Source: Botryllus schlosseri
Lineage: Eukaryota
DNA: 64,000 nucleotides
NCBI GenBank assembly: GCA_051294905.1
Contig: CM119371.1
Location: 30,196,001-30,260,000 of the forward strand
Reading direction: 5' to 3'
Shown: positions 42,301 through 50,264 of the stretch, one piece after another
Layout of the letters: the number at the start of each line of letters is the position of its first letter
Numbering within the stretch: position 1 is the first letter of the stretch
Notes under the pieces: generated by a model
Databases searched by the model: none
What the model was told of the DNA's origin: nothing
What the model saw: the letters and a program-made list of their open reading frames with translations, nothing else
Translations under genes and position numbers: made by a program

Positions 42301-45300
42301 ACTTTCATTTATAATTTTCGATACACACATTCCAGAGCAGTTAACTGGTAACGGTAATTGCGCATGTGTCTCCGTAAATATGTAGACTATCCTGTATATA
42401 ATGTTTGTTCCCCACCAGAAACCATTGAATTCCCCACCGGTTGGGAACCAATGTTCTTGTTCAAGTTGTGTACTTTGAAATGTGAGTAGTTCTAGTTCTA
42501 GTTGCGGATCTAAAAAATATTTAGATCCCGAACAACTAGAATACAAGCGCATCGCAGTTTGGCGTGAATCATGATACCTGTATTGGCATTTTGTCGTGTG
42601 ACATCCCTGCAGCCCTTACGAGCTCAGAGTCATCACTACCAACAGTGATGGGGTGGGATTAGGGTGTGGAAACGCCTCCCATTTCCAACTCTTATTCATG
42701 TTATGTGGTAAGCTGACATGATTTCGGTAAAATGAAAATCATTATGTTGGTTAGGATTCGAATGTAGTTAGTTATGCTTTGGTTAATTCTAGTTGTGAAT
42801 TCTAAAAACTGAGTAGTTCTAGTTGTAGTTGCACATTTTGAAAACCCAGTAGTTTGTCACACTGTGCCTTGTTCACTATATATCATTCAATCCTAGTACC
42901 ATAACACCGAACACTATCAATGACCTCTGCCGTTTGCATTTACACTCATAACGGAAAGCGATATCCATATTTTCAAATGAAGCTGCATTATTAGGAAGCG
43001 CATCTGCGCGTGAAAATAATCATCCTTTACATGTAATAAATGTCTGAACAAATGAGAGTATAGGCAAAACACGAGGATGGCATAGAAGTATTTCTACTTC
43101 AGGTCTATTTCCGTTCTAAGCTACACCACTCATTTAGGCCACACTTCTTTTGTACTATATTGATGGAATATTTGAATAACACTTTCTGAAAGACCCATCT
43201 CAGACTGAGCCAAGCTCTGAAGTTATCTGCAACCATGGAAGACTCTCTATGATCGCCATTTCTCCAACAGATAAACAGATTATAATCAATGGAAAAATTA
43301 TTGTTCACTGCCCAATGGCCACAAATTATGTTATTTTCCATCTACAAGGTAATAGTTTCAAACTAGCGAAGGTATAGATTTTTGTCAGAATTTTAAAAAT
43401 TTCGCGTACAATTTGATGCAGCCGTGTTGGATGGCAATGTCGCAATGGCACTCAACAAATTGAGCATACAAAATATCAAGTAGGAATTTGAATAGACTCT
43501 TGGAGGTGCAGAAACGCAATATAAAATTGCATTAAATTCATATTGAAATAAGCCCTAAGATTTTCAGCTAAAACTCCTCAATCGTCAGCAACTAGTAGCG
43601 AAATAAAAATAACACGGTATCTCAGCAATCACATAAAAATTGTAGCTTACAGAGTTGGCAGATACAAATACAAAGGCCTACCTAATCCCAACTTCAAACC
43701 ATTTGCTACCCGAACGACATTTACAAATGTAACTACGTGACTTTGGACCCCACCAAGTGCACATTCCAACCTATTCAGGAATTGAGCATTACAAATAACA
43801 ATAACAAAACTATTACAAGCTTTCTTACTGAGGCCCGCTTCACTGCTTCGATGCATTCAAAACAAACATGCGTGCAAATGTAACATACCGTGGAAACCAA
43901 ATTATACATGTAGGCCTACCCTATATCCTTTACCATTACCACACTATTATTAGGCCTACCACAAACTACTATTACAGATATTTGTATGGATTTGATATCA
44001 CAGAACTTACTTGCAAATAATAACCAATGTCTTCACAAGGTTTGTCGCGTAGACCACCTTTTCCACCTTGAATTTGGAATTATCGGGAGATATCGCCGAA
44101 GTTTTGCAATAATCGTGTATGCCCATTAGCTGCCTGCTTGCGGCCTGTGAAAAAGTTAAAGATTAGATTCTAGTAGGTTAAATTCACACATACATATAAT
44201 TCATAATTAAAACTAACTTGTAGGAACTGGTCCGGTAAATCAGACAGCTTCGGAGGTCCAAGGTCGATCTCGGAGTCTTTCGGGTTTTGCAGCAGGCTGA
44301 CCGGAGCAGATACCGATCTTGGTTTCGTGGGTGTGGATTTTCCATTCTGTAAACGAAATTCCCATTGCATTGAGCACGTCGGTAGGCTGTGGAGGCACAA
44401 GTTCACACAAACTCTAGCTGTTAATGGCCGGACAGCTAAAATCAGGCATGCCGCTAACATTCGAGTCACATCAATATACCTACCATATTCTTTCGAATCA
44501 TAATTTTCTCTGGTAACCACAAATATTAAGATATTGTGACTTTCTTCCAGAATGCAATAGCGTGTTTCACCTGTGCATTTCATACTTGTGTCATACGATA
44601 AGCGTGTTATTACTGAAGCGTTATGTGTGCTTCTAAAGCTACACTTTTGGCAGAATACTTGATGAAACCGAAAGACTTTTCGTGGGCTTCTTATCGAGAG
44701 TTTACAACACACAAGCTTAGAAATGAAGCAGCTGGAATATTGGTGGCGAAACACCAAGTCTGAAAAATGATAGCTGGGCTTGCTACTGTGGCTGTGACTA
44801 CACAATAGCGAAAATTAGGACCCATCTAAGAAGTAGAGGTAATTTGTTACCGACAAAGCTCTGATGATGACATGAAATTGGATTTTTGTCCCCATCAATG
44901 TAAGGACAAAACCAAGATATGCACTTGACTGCATACTGTACGCGAACCTCAGAAACTTGCACAATGTATTGCGGGCTAGTGACTCTCCCAAACAAATGAT
45001 TGAGTTTGGGTAGCCTTGTTGATTTCATACCGTAAAGAGCACTGAGCAGCTCACATATAAACAAGGATCTGAAAATTCACTTTCTGCATGCAAAACAAAA
45101 GTTATTTTATGTACAGGTGACCCTAAATGGCCTACATTAGTACATTATTATCATTTGTCTTTGTAATACCATGGGAATCCATAGATTTCTAGCATTTCCA
45201 GGAGACTATACCTCAGAAGATAATGGGCAAGGAACATACTTTACGCCCTACACTTGGAATGAATGATTGAAACTAATTTTAATAATTGTAATCCTGGCGT

Positions 45301-48300
45301 GCCAGATCAGGTAGGCTGGGTCCTGGGCTACAGCCATCCATGTGATACCTTGCAATCATAGTCTTGAATTCAAAACTGCAATATCCTTAGCCGCCTAATG
45401 AGGGGTTTCATTTTAATTTGAACTTGTAGCCTACTTGTTAATCAATAGAATGGGAATCATGGTATAATCGTATCTAGTACGCAATAGAACAGCGAGGATC
45501 ATGGGCCACAGCAACATTTTCTGGGAGAACAACTAGTGAGGGAGTTGAACTAACAGCTAAATTTATGAATTTAAATTTATGATAATTCTTAGAGAGTCCA
45601 CTGCTACCAATTCTAGCTCTATTTGATAAAGCCAATGAAATTCCACATTCCATTCCACACCACTACACAACTCGAGCCAGTCACACAAGCATAGCCAAGC
45701 TGATAATCCAACAACAAGGCTGATAATCCAACAACAAGGTTGACCCTCCATATTGGTTTGGCCTAGTAATTACCATACTTGGTCTGAAAATAGCAGGCTA
45801 GAAACAGATCCAATTCACATCAGAATACTCCTGATAATTTTCAGTTGGTCACGATTTATTGTCATAGATGAACAAGATTTGAAAATGTCTAGCCTTTTCC
45901 CACCCCAAACTACAAGACTTTGATTGTACAATGCAAAACTTCAGGTTCTCAAATCAGCAAAAATTAGATCCATATTATGAAATTGATTTTTAAGTTCTGA
46001 GTAAAATTGAAATGTACGCAAACGGAAGACTTACATCACTGTTGTTGTTTATAGAGCCAAATACAGTGTTGCATTCTATCAATTTCTTTGCCATGCTCCC
46101 AAATTGATATAAGTTGTGGCATTTTGTGTCACATTGATAAGTATATTTAGTTGAAATTCCATCATTGTAGGGAGGACAATTATAGTTACAATAATGGACC
46201 CATGTCAAACTGAAACTGTGCACAATAAATATGCATGACAGTTTCAAACTGGAAGATAAAAACCTGGAAGATATAAAACGGTATGAGATTACCTCTATAT
46301 TGTTTCTTCCAGACTTCGAGGAGATATCAAGCAGTTCGAACTTCAGATCTATGACGCTTTCGTAGACATGAGCGAATTCTTCAACATAACGTTGCAGGTA
46401 CTGAGGCTCTTTCTAAACGAAGGAGAATGAAATTTTATCAACCGCAGAGATTGATCACCACTATAGAATGCCTCAAAGTATTGACTTCGAATTTCTAATC
46501 GAAAACCTGTCACAATTTCCGAGCAAACTTGTTGACAATTCGTATCTTAAAAATCTTTTAATATATATAAGTTCGCAAAATTGGCAGCAATCTCACAACA
46601 CAAATGCGATGATAGTTATGCTACTATATCGTGTATATATAAATTTGAATTTTGAAAATGGGGGTCCATCTGGTGTATATCGCAAGGTCAATTACAAAAG
46701 AAATTCAGTTAGTTTGTCTGAAAGACAATAACAAAAAGGACCCGCCTCTCATTGTGGAGTGATATTCAGCAAAGACCAAACACTGTAGCCATGCTGTCCT
46801 GTGAATACAACTTCCCCAGTTAAAAAGCATCCTCAGATGTAATCAACATCAGGCCCCAGTACAAACCCAAGATTTAGCAAGGGAAACATAATTCTCGAAG
46901 CCTTGCCAATTTCCGACATCAAAATTTAATAGTGCACGTGACAGGCCAACTGAATAGTCAGGTCTATTTTTAACCTGCCTGATCATTGATGAAGCATTTT
47001 CACGTAAGGGTAATCCCCAATACAGGTGATATCTAGGGCAAATTTTTGTTGCACCAAAATCGCGAGGAAGTTGCACTTGAAAGTTGCAATAATAATTGTG
47101 CATTTAGGATTTTATAGCCCCACAGTTTCAGATTCACATCTGTGAAATGTGTCCGTGAAATGAGAACTACCATAAGTACCTATAATTTAACCGACAGAGA
47201 ATTAATCAAACGATATAGTTACATATAGTCCAAACACGGTCGTTCGACGTTCGTGCCCGGCTGGGGGTAGTTGAACTTACAGCTTGCAAGCCATTGCATC
47301 ACAGATAACATTGAGATGCAGCTCACCCATCACATGACTCTTTGTTATGTAAATCAAAGAGAATAGAACCACGACAATAGTTTATAGCATGTTTTTAAAT
47401 CACTCCTTCGCAGTTTGCGCAATATTTGATGAATGTTGCATTGAAAATTTGCATGAAAAAAGCTGCAATAAAATTACTGCAAACAGCTTAAAACATCATA
47501 CTGCATGAATTTCGAGTATCTCAAAAGCTGCCAAGTTGCAAAAACTTGCCCTGGTGACTACAATTATCACATTCATATTCTTATAGCAAAATGGTTGTTG
47601 TAATAATATTAATAGTGAAACAATAGCTTGGGAGATGTATTTCCACCTCTGCACAAACAAAATATTATTGTGCTGTAGTTGGTGTCATAGTTTGTAGGCC
47701 GCGCCAACCAGTTGAGAAAAGGAAGTATCAATCAGACCAAGCTTGGCTGTGGCTGCATCACTGCAATTTCCTTTCCTGCTCATCAGTGATTCATATTCAC
47801 AAACCACCGATTTCGGATAGCACTTTCAACTCGCTATAACACACAGTACACGTGGACAATTAGATAATTCTGGCAATTTAATTCAAATCTAAATTCGGAA
47901 ATTTTCTATCAACTCATTTTAATTCTAATCTGATATTGGGTTTTCCTGAAAATGCATCAGAACTGTATCGTGCGAAAACGGGTCAAGCTTTCTGTACAGA
48001 CATTCGCGACCATCAGGCTTATTAAAATGAACTCCGATATTCAATAGCCTATCAGCTGAACTTAATTCAATTACCAAGTTTCCGCATGCTGGTAGTCAGT
48101 AATTCTAATATAATTTGTGATACAGAATGTAAACATGGAATGGCAACGACCGATGTTGCAGCATCGTTCCGCTTCGCTGAGGCTGTATTTGAGAACTGTT
48201 TTGCGTAAGCGACTGTAGGCTTTCTGGCAATCCAAAAGTTTTCTTCCACAGTGCAGAATTTACTGAATCTGGTATTGATCAAAAGCTACGGTTGCACTGA

Positions 48301-50264
48301 TTCCGAAAATATAAATTAGAATATGGCCAGGCTCCAGACTTAAAAGAAAATTCACCCTGAACATCTGAAATGTGCATTGTTCAGAACAATCAGATAATTT
48401 GAAGAGACTCTTTGGGGTACAGAACTTTAATATACATTTCAATAAAATATTCATAGTAAAATATATTAAAACCCGAAGCAGGAACATCAAACAACATGTT
48501 CCTAGCGTTATTAGATCACGCACATTGGACTCTCGCGAAGACGCAGCCGTAACTGATCTGCAATTACTAGAACGTAATCAGACCATGGCTATGAACTCTG
48601 CCATCGGCAAGCATTTGGCTGAGAATGCAACTTGCGCTAAAAACTATCGCGATGAAAGATTTTCTATATATTAGGTAGATGCCGCACTAATTTCCATCTG
48701 TCTGCACTGGAATCAACTTATATTAAAATCCACCGACCCCACTTGTGTCAGCAGAAGGAATTTTTAGTGAATCTAAAAATTGGCCAATAGCTGCGCTCGC
48801 GGTTTGCCTGTTTTTCATGTTGTTTGTTTCTATGATGTCATAGTCGGTTGTATGCAATGTAGCTAGATGCATGTTTTTGAAATTCTCCATTTGCTGACGA
48901 TTGCCCTTGAAAAGTGTCAGCTCGAAAAGCTTTGGGTTTTAATATATTTTACTATGAATATATTATTAAAATGTAAATCAGAAAATTGCAAAACAATGAC
49001 CATAACATATTTCGGACTTGGAGGGCTTATTCTAAGTGGATCAGTGCCTGATCATATTTAAATTTATATTTTCGAAATCGGAACGACAGTAGCTTTCGAT
49101 CAAGACCAGATTCAGTAAATTCTGTGCTCTGGAAGATAATTTTTGGATTGACAGAAATCCTACAGTCGCTTACGCAAAACAGTGCTCAAATACAGCCTCA
49201 GCGAAGCGGAACGAGGCTGCAAAATCGGTCGTTGCCATTCGATGTTTACATTCTATAATTTGGGAAGATCTGTGTGGGCAAGCTATAATTCTAGTACAAT
49301 TCAGGAAGAACCGTGTTACTATAATTCTAATATAATTTGGGAAGAATTGTGTAGCTCTAATTCAAATATATATAATTTGGGAAGAACTGTGTAGCTATAT
49401 TTCTAATTCTAATCTGCTTTGGTAAAACTGCATTCTAACTATTATAATTCTAATTTTCGATTTGTTCTAGTGCCTCGTGAATATCATGAAGATGTTGGTA
49501 AAAATGATAAAATAAAATAAAACATATATACCGTAATATAATATCGATTAGATAAATGAAAATGACCATCACATTCTCTGTCTCTCACCATTTTCATCAC
49601 TCTCTGTGAAATACTAGATATATATTTATGAAGACCAGCAACTTCGAGTTCTAAATAGCTGGTTCTTGGTACAGAATTCCATCACAAATTCCATTGACAC
49701 GTTTTTTTTAAACTCTCAAGACTTTTCAGGTGCGTCTTTTCAAGCCTTATCAGCACACTATAATGGAATTCAAACAGATTCAAAAGTAAAACCAATATGG
49801 CAAGGTATGACTTGCCAATCAAAATTGCAGACCGTGAAATTCGCAATGTAAAAGTGGCAGCAACAAATTTTGAAGTATAAGGTAGGACTACTATAATAGG
49901 CAACAACTTACTACCGCAGAATCACCATAATGATATAGTGTATGATATGACGAGCATTATCAACAAAAATGACGTTAATTAACCTACAAAATCAATTCAA
50001 AAAACTTGGACAGCAACAAATGACAAAAAAACTTGGATACCGTACCGGGTATGGGTAGTCAACGCTATAGTGTCTAGTACGGTATGCTGTAAAATTTAGA
50101 CTTAAAATGGTACAGTTATAGGCTACTGTGAAATAGTTGGTTAGGACCTATTCATTTGAACAATCACATTAGGTTAGTGTTTATTAGATTCTGGAATGAA
50201 CGAATTGACATACCTTAATCGCGTACAATGTCCAGAGCTCATACAGATGATCGGTACTTCCCAT
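226..50264 (-). CDS. NBEAL1: Neurobeachin-like protein (NBEAL1/NBEAL2 orthologue), 5' portion: 38 coding exons, about 1517 aa, continues beyond the left edge
   Basis: Manual splicing of GT-AG exons with consistent phases gives one open frame. It is colinear with recalled vertebrate NBEAL1/2 motifs: LYELWTLY, CECLYDP..WRRR, PFFY, GSQRNAL, LLQWLP, GFSFHAWLCL, GMEAF, KRPFG, GQLGSV, YYAAKAC, GHKVVTWDVKDSINAIGG..VLFPLLE, GVATIGALLQK, YQYLLFDFRIW, RIGHIQYL..FRKKYGVQ. Assignment to NBEAL1 versus NBEAL2 is not resolvable. Confidence 0.95.
492..577 (-). CDS. NBEAL1: NBEAL exon 37 SEDAGTVSDS...HSVDK (acceptor uncertain: 577, 605 or 620)
   Basis: Donor GTAAGG is clear; the acceptor ttccctgcctag at 577 fits the incoming phase 2. 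Confidence 0.75.
1150..1990. repeat. Degenerate tandem-like repeat (gagttcatacaagctcacacggttattcaactcgcgttcaag units)
   Basis: Recurrent gttcaag/ctcacaa/aggttat motifs with longer duplicated blocks. Confidence 0.7.
2164..2234 (-). CDS. NBEAL1: NBEAL exon 36 DVVTRLLVKK...SISI
   Basis: cag/GTGAGA, 71 nt, phase 0-2. Confidence 0.9.
2486..2634 (-). CDS. NBEAL1: NBEAL exon 35 LGAGAFL...SVRRD...LPGWQ
   Basis: tag/GTAATC, 149 nt, phase 1-0; joins exon 36 as the GWQDV motif. Confidence 0.9.
2840..3125. repeat. Degenerate tandem array of about 32 bp (agttctagttctagttgcga.ttttgaaaa)
   Basis: Repeated unit; related arrays at about 10200-10260, 10990-11105 and 42455-42855. Confidence 0.75.
4894..5053 (-). 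CDS. NBEAL1: NBEAL exon 34 LLTRLLKTEFVYDKNK...VVEI
   Basis: tag/GTGGGT, 160 nt, phase 0-1. Confidence 0.88.
5245..5860. repeat. Minisatellite with unit of about 21-22 bp (actcaatgccaagggccacaa)
   Basis: More than 20 diverged units directly visible. Confidence 0.85.
5888..6043 (-). CDS. NBEAL1: NBEAL exon 33 LSECFDLL...LLFEHGKADILY...KACK
   Basis: cag/GTAAGA, 156 nt, phase 0-0. Confidence 0.92.
6065..6615. mobile_element. Cluster of Penelope-derived hammerhead-bearing short repeats in inverted arrangement
   Basis: Units at about 6065-6260 and 6400-6615 share ctactagttgctgacgattacccctgacgagtgtcagccgaaaatattcgggttcatttcaatatg; related copies at about 1-190, 11885-11990, 14410-14510, 23625-23680, 27990-28140, 32385-32480, 35960-36030, 36320-36490 and 43495-43600. 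Confidence 0.8.
6095..6128 (-). ncRNA. Minimal type-I hammerhead ribozyme motif, intact, sense to the NBEAL pre-mRNA
   Basis: Minus strand reads ACCC-CUGACGA-GUGUCAGCC-GAAA-AUAU-UC-GGGU. Confidence 0.72.
6841..6997 (-). CDS. NBEAL1: NBEAL exon 32 SADPNLSADD...IRSSLLGLVK...EETQ
   Basis: cag/GTGGGT, 157 nt, phase 2-0. Confidence 0.92.
7150..7657. mobile_element. MITE with imperfect terminal inverted repeats of about 100 bp
   Basis: About 7150-7252 is the reverse complement of about 7547-7657. Confidence 0.7.
7748..7885 (-). CDS. NBEAL1: NBEAL exon 31 IWSRSEFLVRIGHIQYL...FRKKYGVQYMLD...YY
   Basis: tag/GTGAGT, 138 nt, phase 2-2; highly conserved. Confidence 0.95.
8083..8213 (-). CDS. NBEAL1: NBEAL exon 30 MPTELID...IYQYLLFDF
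   Basis: aag/GTAAGA, 131 nt, phase 0-2. Confidence 0.94.
9746..9903 (-). CDS. NBEAL1: NBEAL exon 29 LKLQKNHVAAFL...GVATIGALLQK
   Basis: cag/GTAAGC, 158 nt, phase 1-0. Confidence 0.94.
10335..10988. mobile_element. Deleted, inverted copy of the pogo/Tc1-like MITE at 24660-25958
   Basis: Long homology to about 25520-25945 and 24660-24830; terminal gtccaaagttaccccggtttatgg followed by TA. Confidence 0.8.
11138..11241 (-). CDS. NBEAL1: NBEAL exon 28 PNGD...MEWVVIESPKSC
   Basis: cag/GTAAGT, 104 nt, phase 2-1. Confidence 0.88.
11726..11829 (-). CDS. NBEAL1: NBEAL exon 27 DSINAIGGVHVLFPLLEE...EPT
   Basis: cag/GTTGAC, 104 nt, phase 0-2; IGG..VLFPL motif. Confidence 0.92.
12269..12447 (-). CDS. 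NBEAL1: NBEAL exon 26 PDKN...YYAAKAC...GHKVVTWDVK
   Basis: cag/GTATGA, 179 nt, phase 1-0. Confidence 0.95.
12796..13494. mobile_element. hAT (Charlie-like) MITE
   Basis: TIR agtggttcccaacc / ggttgggaaccactg; perfect 8-bp TSD GCTAATCC at 12788-12795 and 13495-13502. Confidence 0.9.
14025..14185 (-). CDS. NBEAL1: NBEAL exon 25 NVES...AGMQDDTWGRAVSLRGQLGSV...QVKALNSA
   Basis: tag/GTAATG, 161 nt, phase 2-1. Confidence 0.92.
14873..15514. mobile_element. Foldback/Mutator-like MITE with TIRs of about 150 bp
   Basis: agggttgtcctaaatttggaaaatctc... mirrored at the right end; atgtatatt on both flanks; partial second copy at about 36688-37200. Confidence 0.8.
16168..16209 (-). CDS. NBEAL1: NBEAL exon 24, candidate 42-nt microexon KVKNLLTPNTSPQ
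   Basis: tttctttag/GTACAC, open in phase 2-2. Confidence 0.55.
17559..19256. mobile_element. Non-autonomous hAT element
   Basis: 16-bp TIR CATAGGCGCTGAACTC; perfect 8-bp TSD GTAGACAC at 17551-17558 and 19257-19264. Confidence 0.92.
19296..19421 (+). pseudogene. hAT-type transposase C-terminal remnant in an older host element (about 17228-19723)
   Basis: Translates PTQTTAAVERSFSILGKLLSKDRHFLPENVGKYLSLYYNKF*, a TS..VERSFS-like dimerisation motif; second copy at about 30982-32254. Confidence 0.7.
19796..19906 (-). CDS. NBEAL1: NBEAL exon 23 (symmetric) RFSFNIPSPR...GIASEA
   Basis: cag/GTAAGT, 111 nt, open in phase 2-2; GC content like the other exons. Confidence 0.75.
21223..21315 (-). CDS. 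NBEAL1: NBEAL exon 22 (symmetric, possibly alternative) ASFEQFIHAK...YDPLK
   Basis: cag/GTAACG, 93 nt, open in phase 2-2; no recalled homology. Confidence 0.65.
21902..22069 (-). CDS. NBEAL1: NBEAL exon 21 CPNLGETFTNCHIGSAGLRT...PVTPS
   Basis: cag/GTATTT, 168 nt, phase 2-2; C.IGSAG.RT motif. Confidence 0.92.
22962..23065 (-). CDS. NBEAL1: NBEAL exon 20 HCLDIVHHPAKRPFG...VYVDG...TLR
   Basis: cag/GTGGGT, 104 nt, phase 0-2. Confidence 0.93.
23397..23526 (-). CDS. NBEAL1: NBEAL exon 19 FFSQNGTGMEAFF...IAVCNKK...DNKW
   Basis: cag/GTGATT, 130 nt, phase 2-0. Confidence 0.93.
24450..24571 (-). CDS. NBEAL1: NBEAL exon 18 GITVPGIRKWGGSGFSFHAWLCL...RRQLY (start of ConA-like domain)
   Basis: cag/GTACGG, 122 nt, phase 0-2. 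Confidence 0.93.
24660..25958. mobile_element. Tc1/mariner-pogo-like MITE
   Basis: TIR C(C/T)GTAAACCGGGGTAACTTTGGAC with TA on both flanks; internal TIR-like repeats. Confidence 0.9.
26044..26148 (-). CDS. NBEAL1: NBEAL exon 17 NPYFGR...AMARK...FFDLQDSTS
   Basis: cag/GTAAGA, 105 nt, phase 0-0. Confidence 0.92.
27183..27334 (-). CDS. NBEAL1: NBEAL exon 16 ILVSHP...TLGTYS...LLRQDSNQHKHL
   Basis: ttcag/GTGAGA, 152 nt, phase 1-0. Confidence 0.9.
28043..28073 (+). ncRNA. Minimal type-I hammerhead ribozyme motif with shortened loop II
   Basis: ACCC-CUGACGA-GUGUGC-GAAA-AUAU-UC-GGGU. Confidence 0.68.
28243..28348 (-). CDS. NBEAL1: NBEAL exon 15 VEQQIWLAGVLKRIF...TKVL
   Basis: cag/GTATGT, 106 nt, phase 0-1. 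Confidence 0.9.
28892..28987 (-). CDS. NBEAL1: NBEAL exon 14 AVEC...LLQWLPDIKQ
   Basis: tag/GTCAGT, 96 nt, phase 0-0. Confidence 0.92.
29534..29632 (-). CDS. NBEAL1: NBEAL exon 13 DHFQESLGY...FLNM
   Basis: cag/GTTAGT, 99 nt, phase 0-0. Confidence 0.9.
29792..30365. mobile_element. hAT/Charlie-like MITE containing a nested GACTCGAGTC-family insertion
   Basis: cagtggttcccaa ... ttgggagccactg; flanks gtctagag/gtctacaa. Confidence 0.75.
30870..30955 (-). CDS. NBEAL1: NBEAL exon 12 TPSEE...TALVAGSMSAK
   Basis: cag/GTAAGG, 86 nt, phase 1-0. Confidence 0.9.
31217..32032. mobile_element. pogo/Tigger-like MITE
   Basis: TIR ccgtaatttt / aaaattacgg with TA TSD; inserted in a second copy of the hAT-remnant element. 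Confidence 0.85.
32571..32681 (-). CDS. NBEAL1: NBEAL exon 11 FIPEFLNTLDRPALQ...GCFDQL...YCP
   Basis: aag/GTTTGT, 111 nt, phase 1-1; DRP.LQ motif. Confidence 0.88.
33758..33848 (-). CDS. NBEAL1: NBEAL exon 10 RQVSVTEVLNKYFSLL...QMI
   Basis: cag/GTAAGT, 91 nt, phase 0-1. Confidence 0.9.
34106..34310 (-). CDS. NBEAL1: NBEAL exon 9 FLSRYMG...VHVLHGAGPDQ
   Basis: cag/GTGTGT, 205 nt, phase 2-0. Confidence 0.9.
34724..35570. mobile_element. pogo/Tigger-like MITE, second copy
   Basis: Homologous to 31217-32032; TA flanks. Confidence 0.85.
35748..35886 (-). CDS. NBEAL1: NBEAL exon 8 TLQ...LHMFGALLCGSQRNALL...DILL
   Basis: cag/GTAACG, 139 nt, phase 1-2; the frame differs from the ORF-track call here. 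Confidence 0.92.
36057..36127 (-). CDS. NBEAL1: NBEAL exon 7 AEMNL...DIIPFFY
   Basis: tag/GTAAGA, 71 nt, phase 2-1. Confidence 0.9.
40102..40226 (-). CDS. NBEAL1: NBEAL exon 6 ITDG...CECLYDPEHSWRRRMM
   Basis: cag/GTGAGA, 125 nt, phase 0-2; conserved E.LYDP..WR motif. Confidence 0.92.
40505..41057. mobile_element. hAT MITE rich in GACTCGAGTC palindromes (most complete copy of an abundant family)
   Basis: TIR CAGGGTTG(T/C)AA; 8-bp TSD gttcacag/gttcatag; other copies at about 11390-11647, 22537-22905, 26590-27104, 28541-28730, 29846-30300, 32862-33375, 38388-38800, 41150-41475 and 59040-59252. Confidence 0.9.
41685..41766 (-). CDS. NBEAL1: NBEAL exon 5 NHENLKLL...AVVQI
   Basis: tttcag/GTAAGT, 82 nt, phase 2-0. 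Confidence 0.88.
41939..42453. mobile_element. hAT/Charlie-like MITE
   Basis: cagtggttcccaacc ... ggttgggaaccaatg; imperfect 8-bp TSD. Confidence 0.75.
44011..44144 (-). CDS. NBEAL1: NBEAL exon 4 AASRQL...LVKTLVIIC
   Basis: cag/GTAAGT, 134 nt, phase 0-2; follows a 73-nt intron. Confidence 0.9.
44218..44346 (-). CDS. NBEAL1: NBEAL exon 3 NGKSTP...LSDLPDQFLQ
   Basis: cag/GTTAGT, 129 nt, phase 0-0. Confidence 0.88.
46293..46412 (-). CDS. NBEAL1: NBEAL exon 2 KEPQYLQRYVEEF...GRNNIE
   Basis: tag/GTAAT, 120 nt, phase 0-0. Confidence 0.9.
48433..48975 (+). mobile_element. 5'-truncated Penelope-like retroelement: GIY-YIG endonuclease C-terminus, 3' UTR with degenerate hammerhead, and an inverted 3'-end copy at the 5' junction
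   Basis: Translation IKQHVPSVIR...SAIGKHLAENATCAKNY..FSI, a 2-nt frameshift, then LGRCRTNFHLSALESTYIKIHRPHLCQQKEF..stop at 48790; 48433-48479 is the reverse complement of about 48929-48975. Confidence 0.85.
49255..49420. repeat. Tandem repeat of about 36 bp, about 4 copies
   Basis: tataattctaatataatttgggaagaactgtgtagc units. Confidence 0.8.
50214..50264 (-). CDS. NBEAL1: NBEAL exon 1 (start codon) MGSTDHLYELWTLYAIK
   Basis: ATG at 50264 in aaaATGG context; 51 nt; donor GTATGT; resembles the NBEAL1/2 N-terminus. Confidence 0.92.

Noticed and set aside
43682..43770. AG/GT-bounded open segment (LECALGGVQ...) as an NBEAL exon
   Set aside because: 89 nt would change phase 2 to 1 and break the frame into exon 5; there is no homology, and exon 4 joins exon 5 directly
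44170..44805. 211-aa ORF and most other ORF-track calls as stand-alone genes
   Set aside because: They are exon read-through into introns, antisense or alternative frames of exons, or repeat-derived; only 44218-44346 of this ORF is exonic
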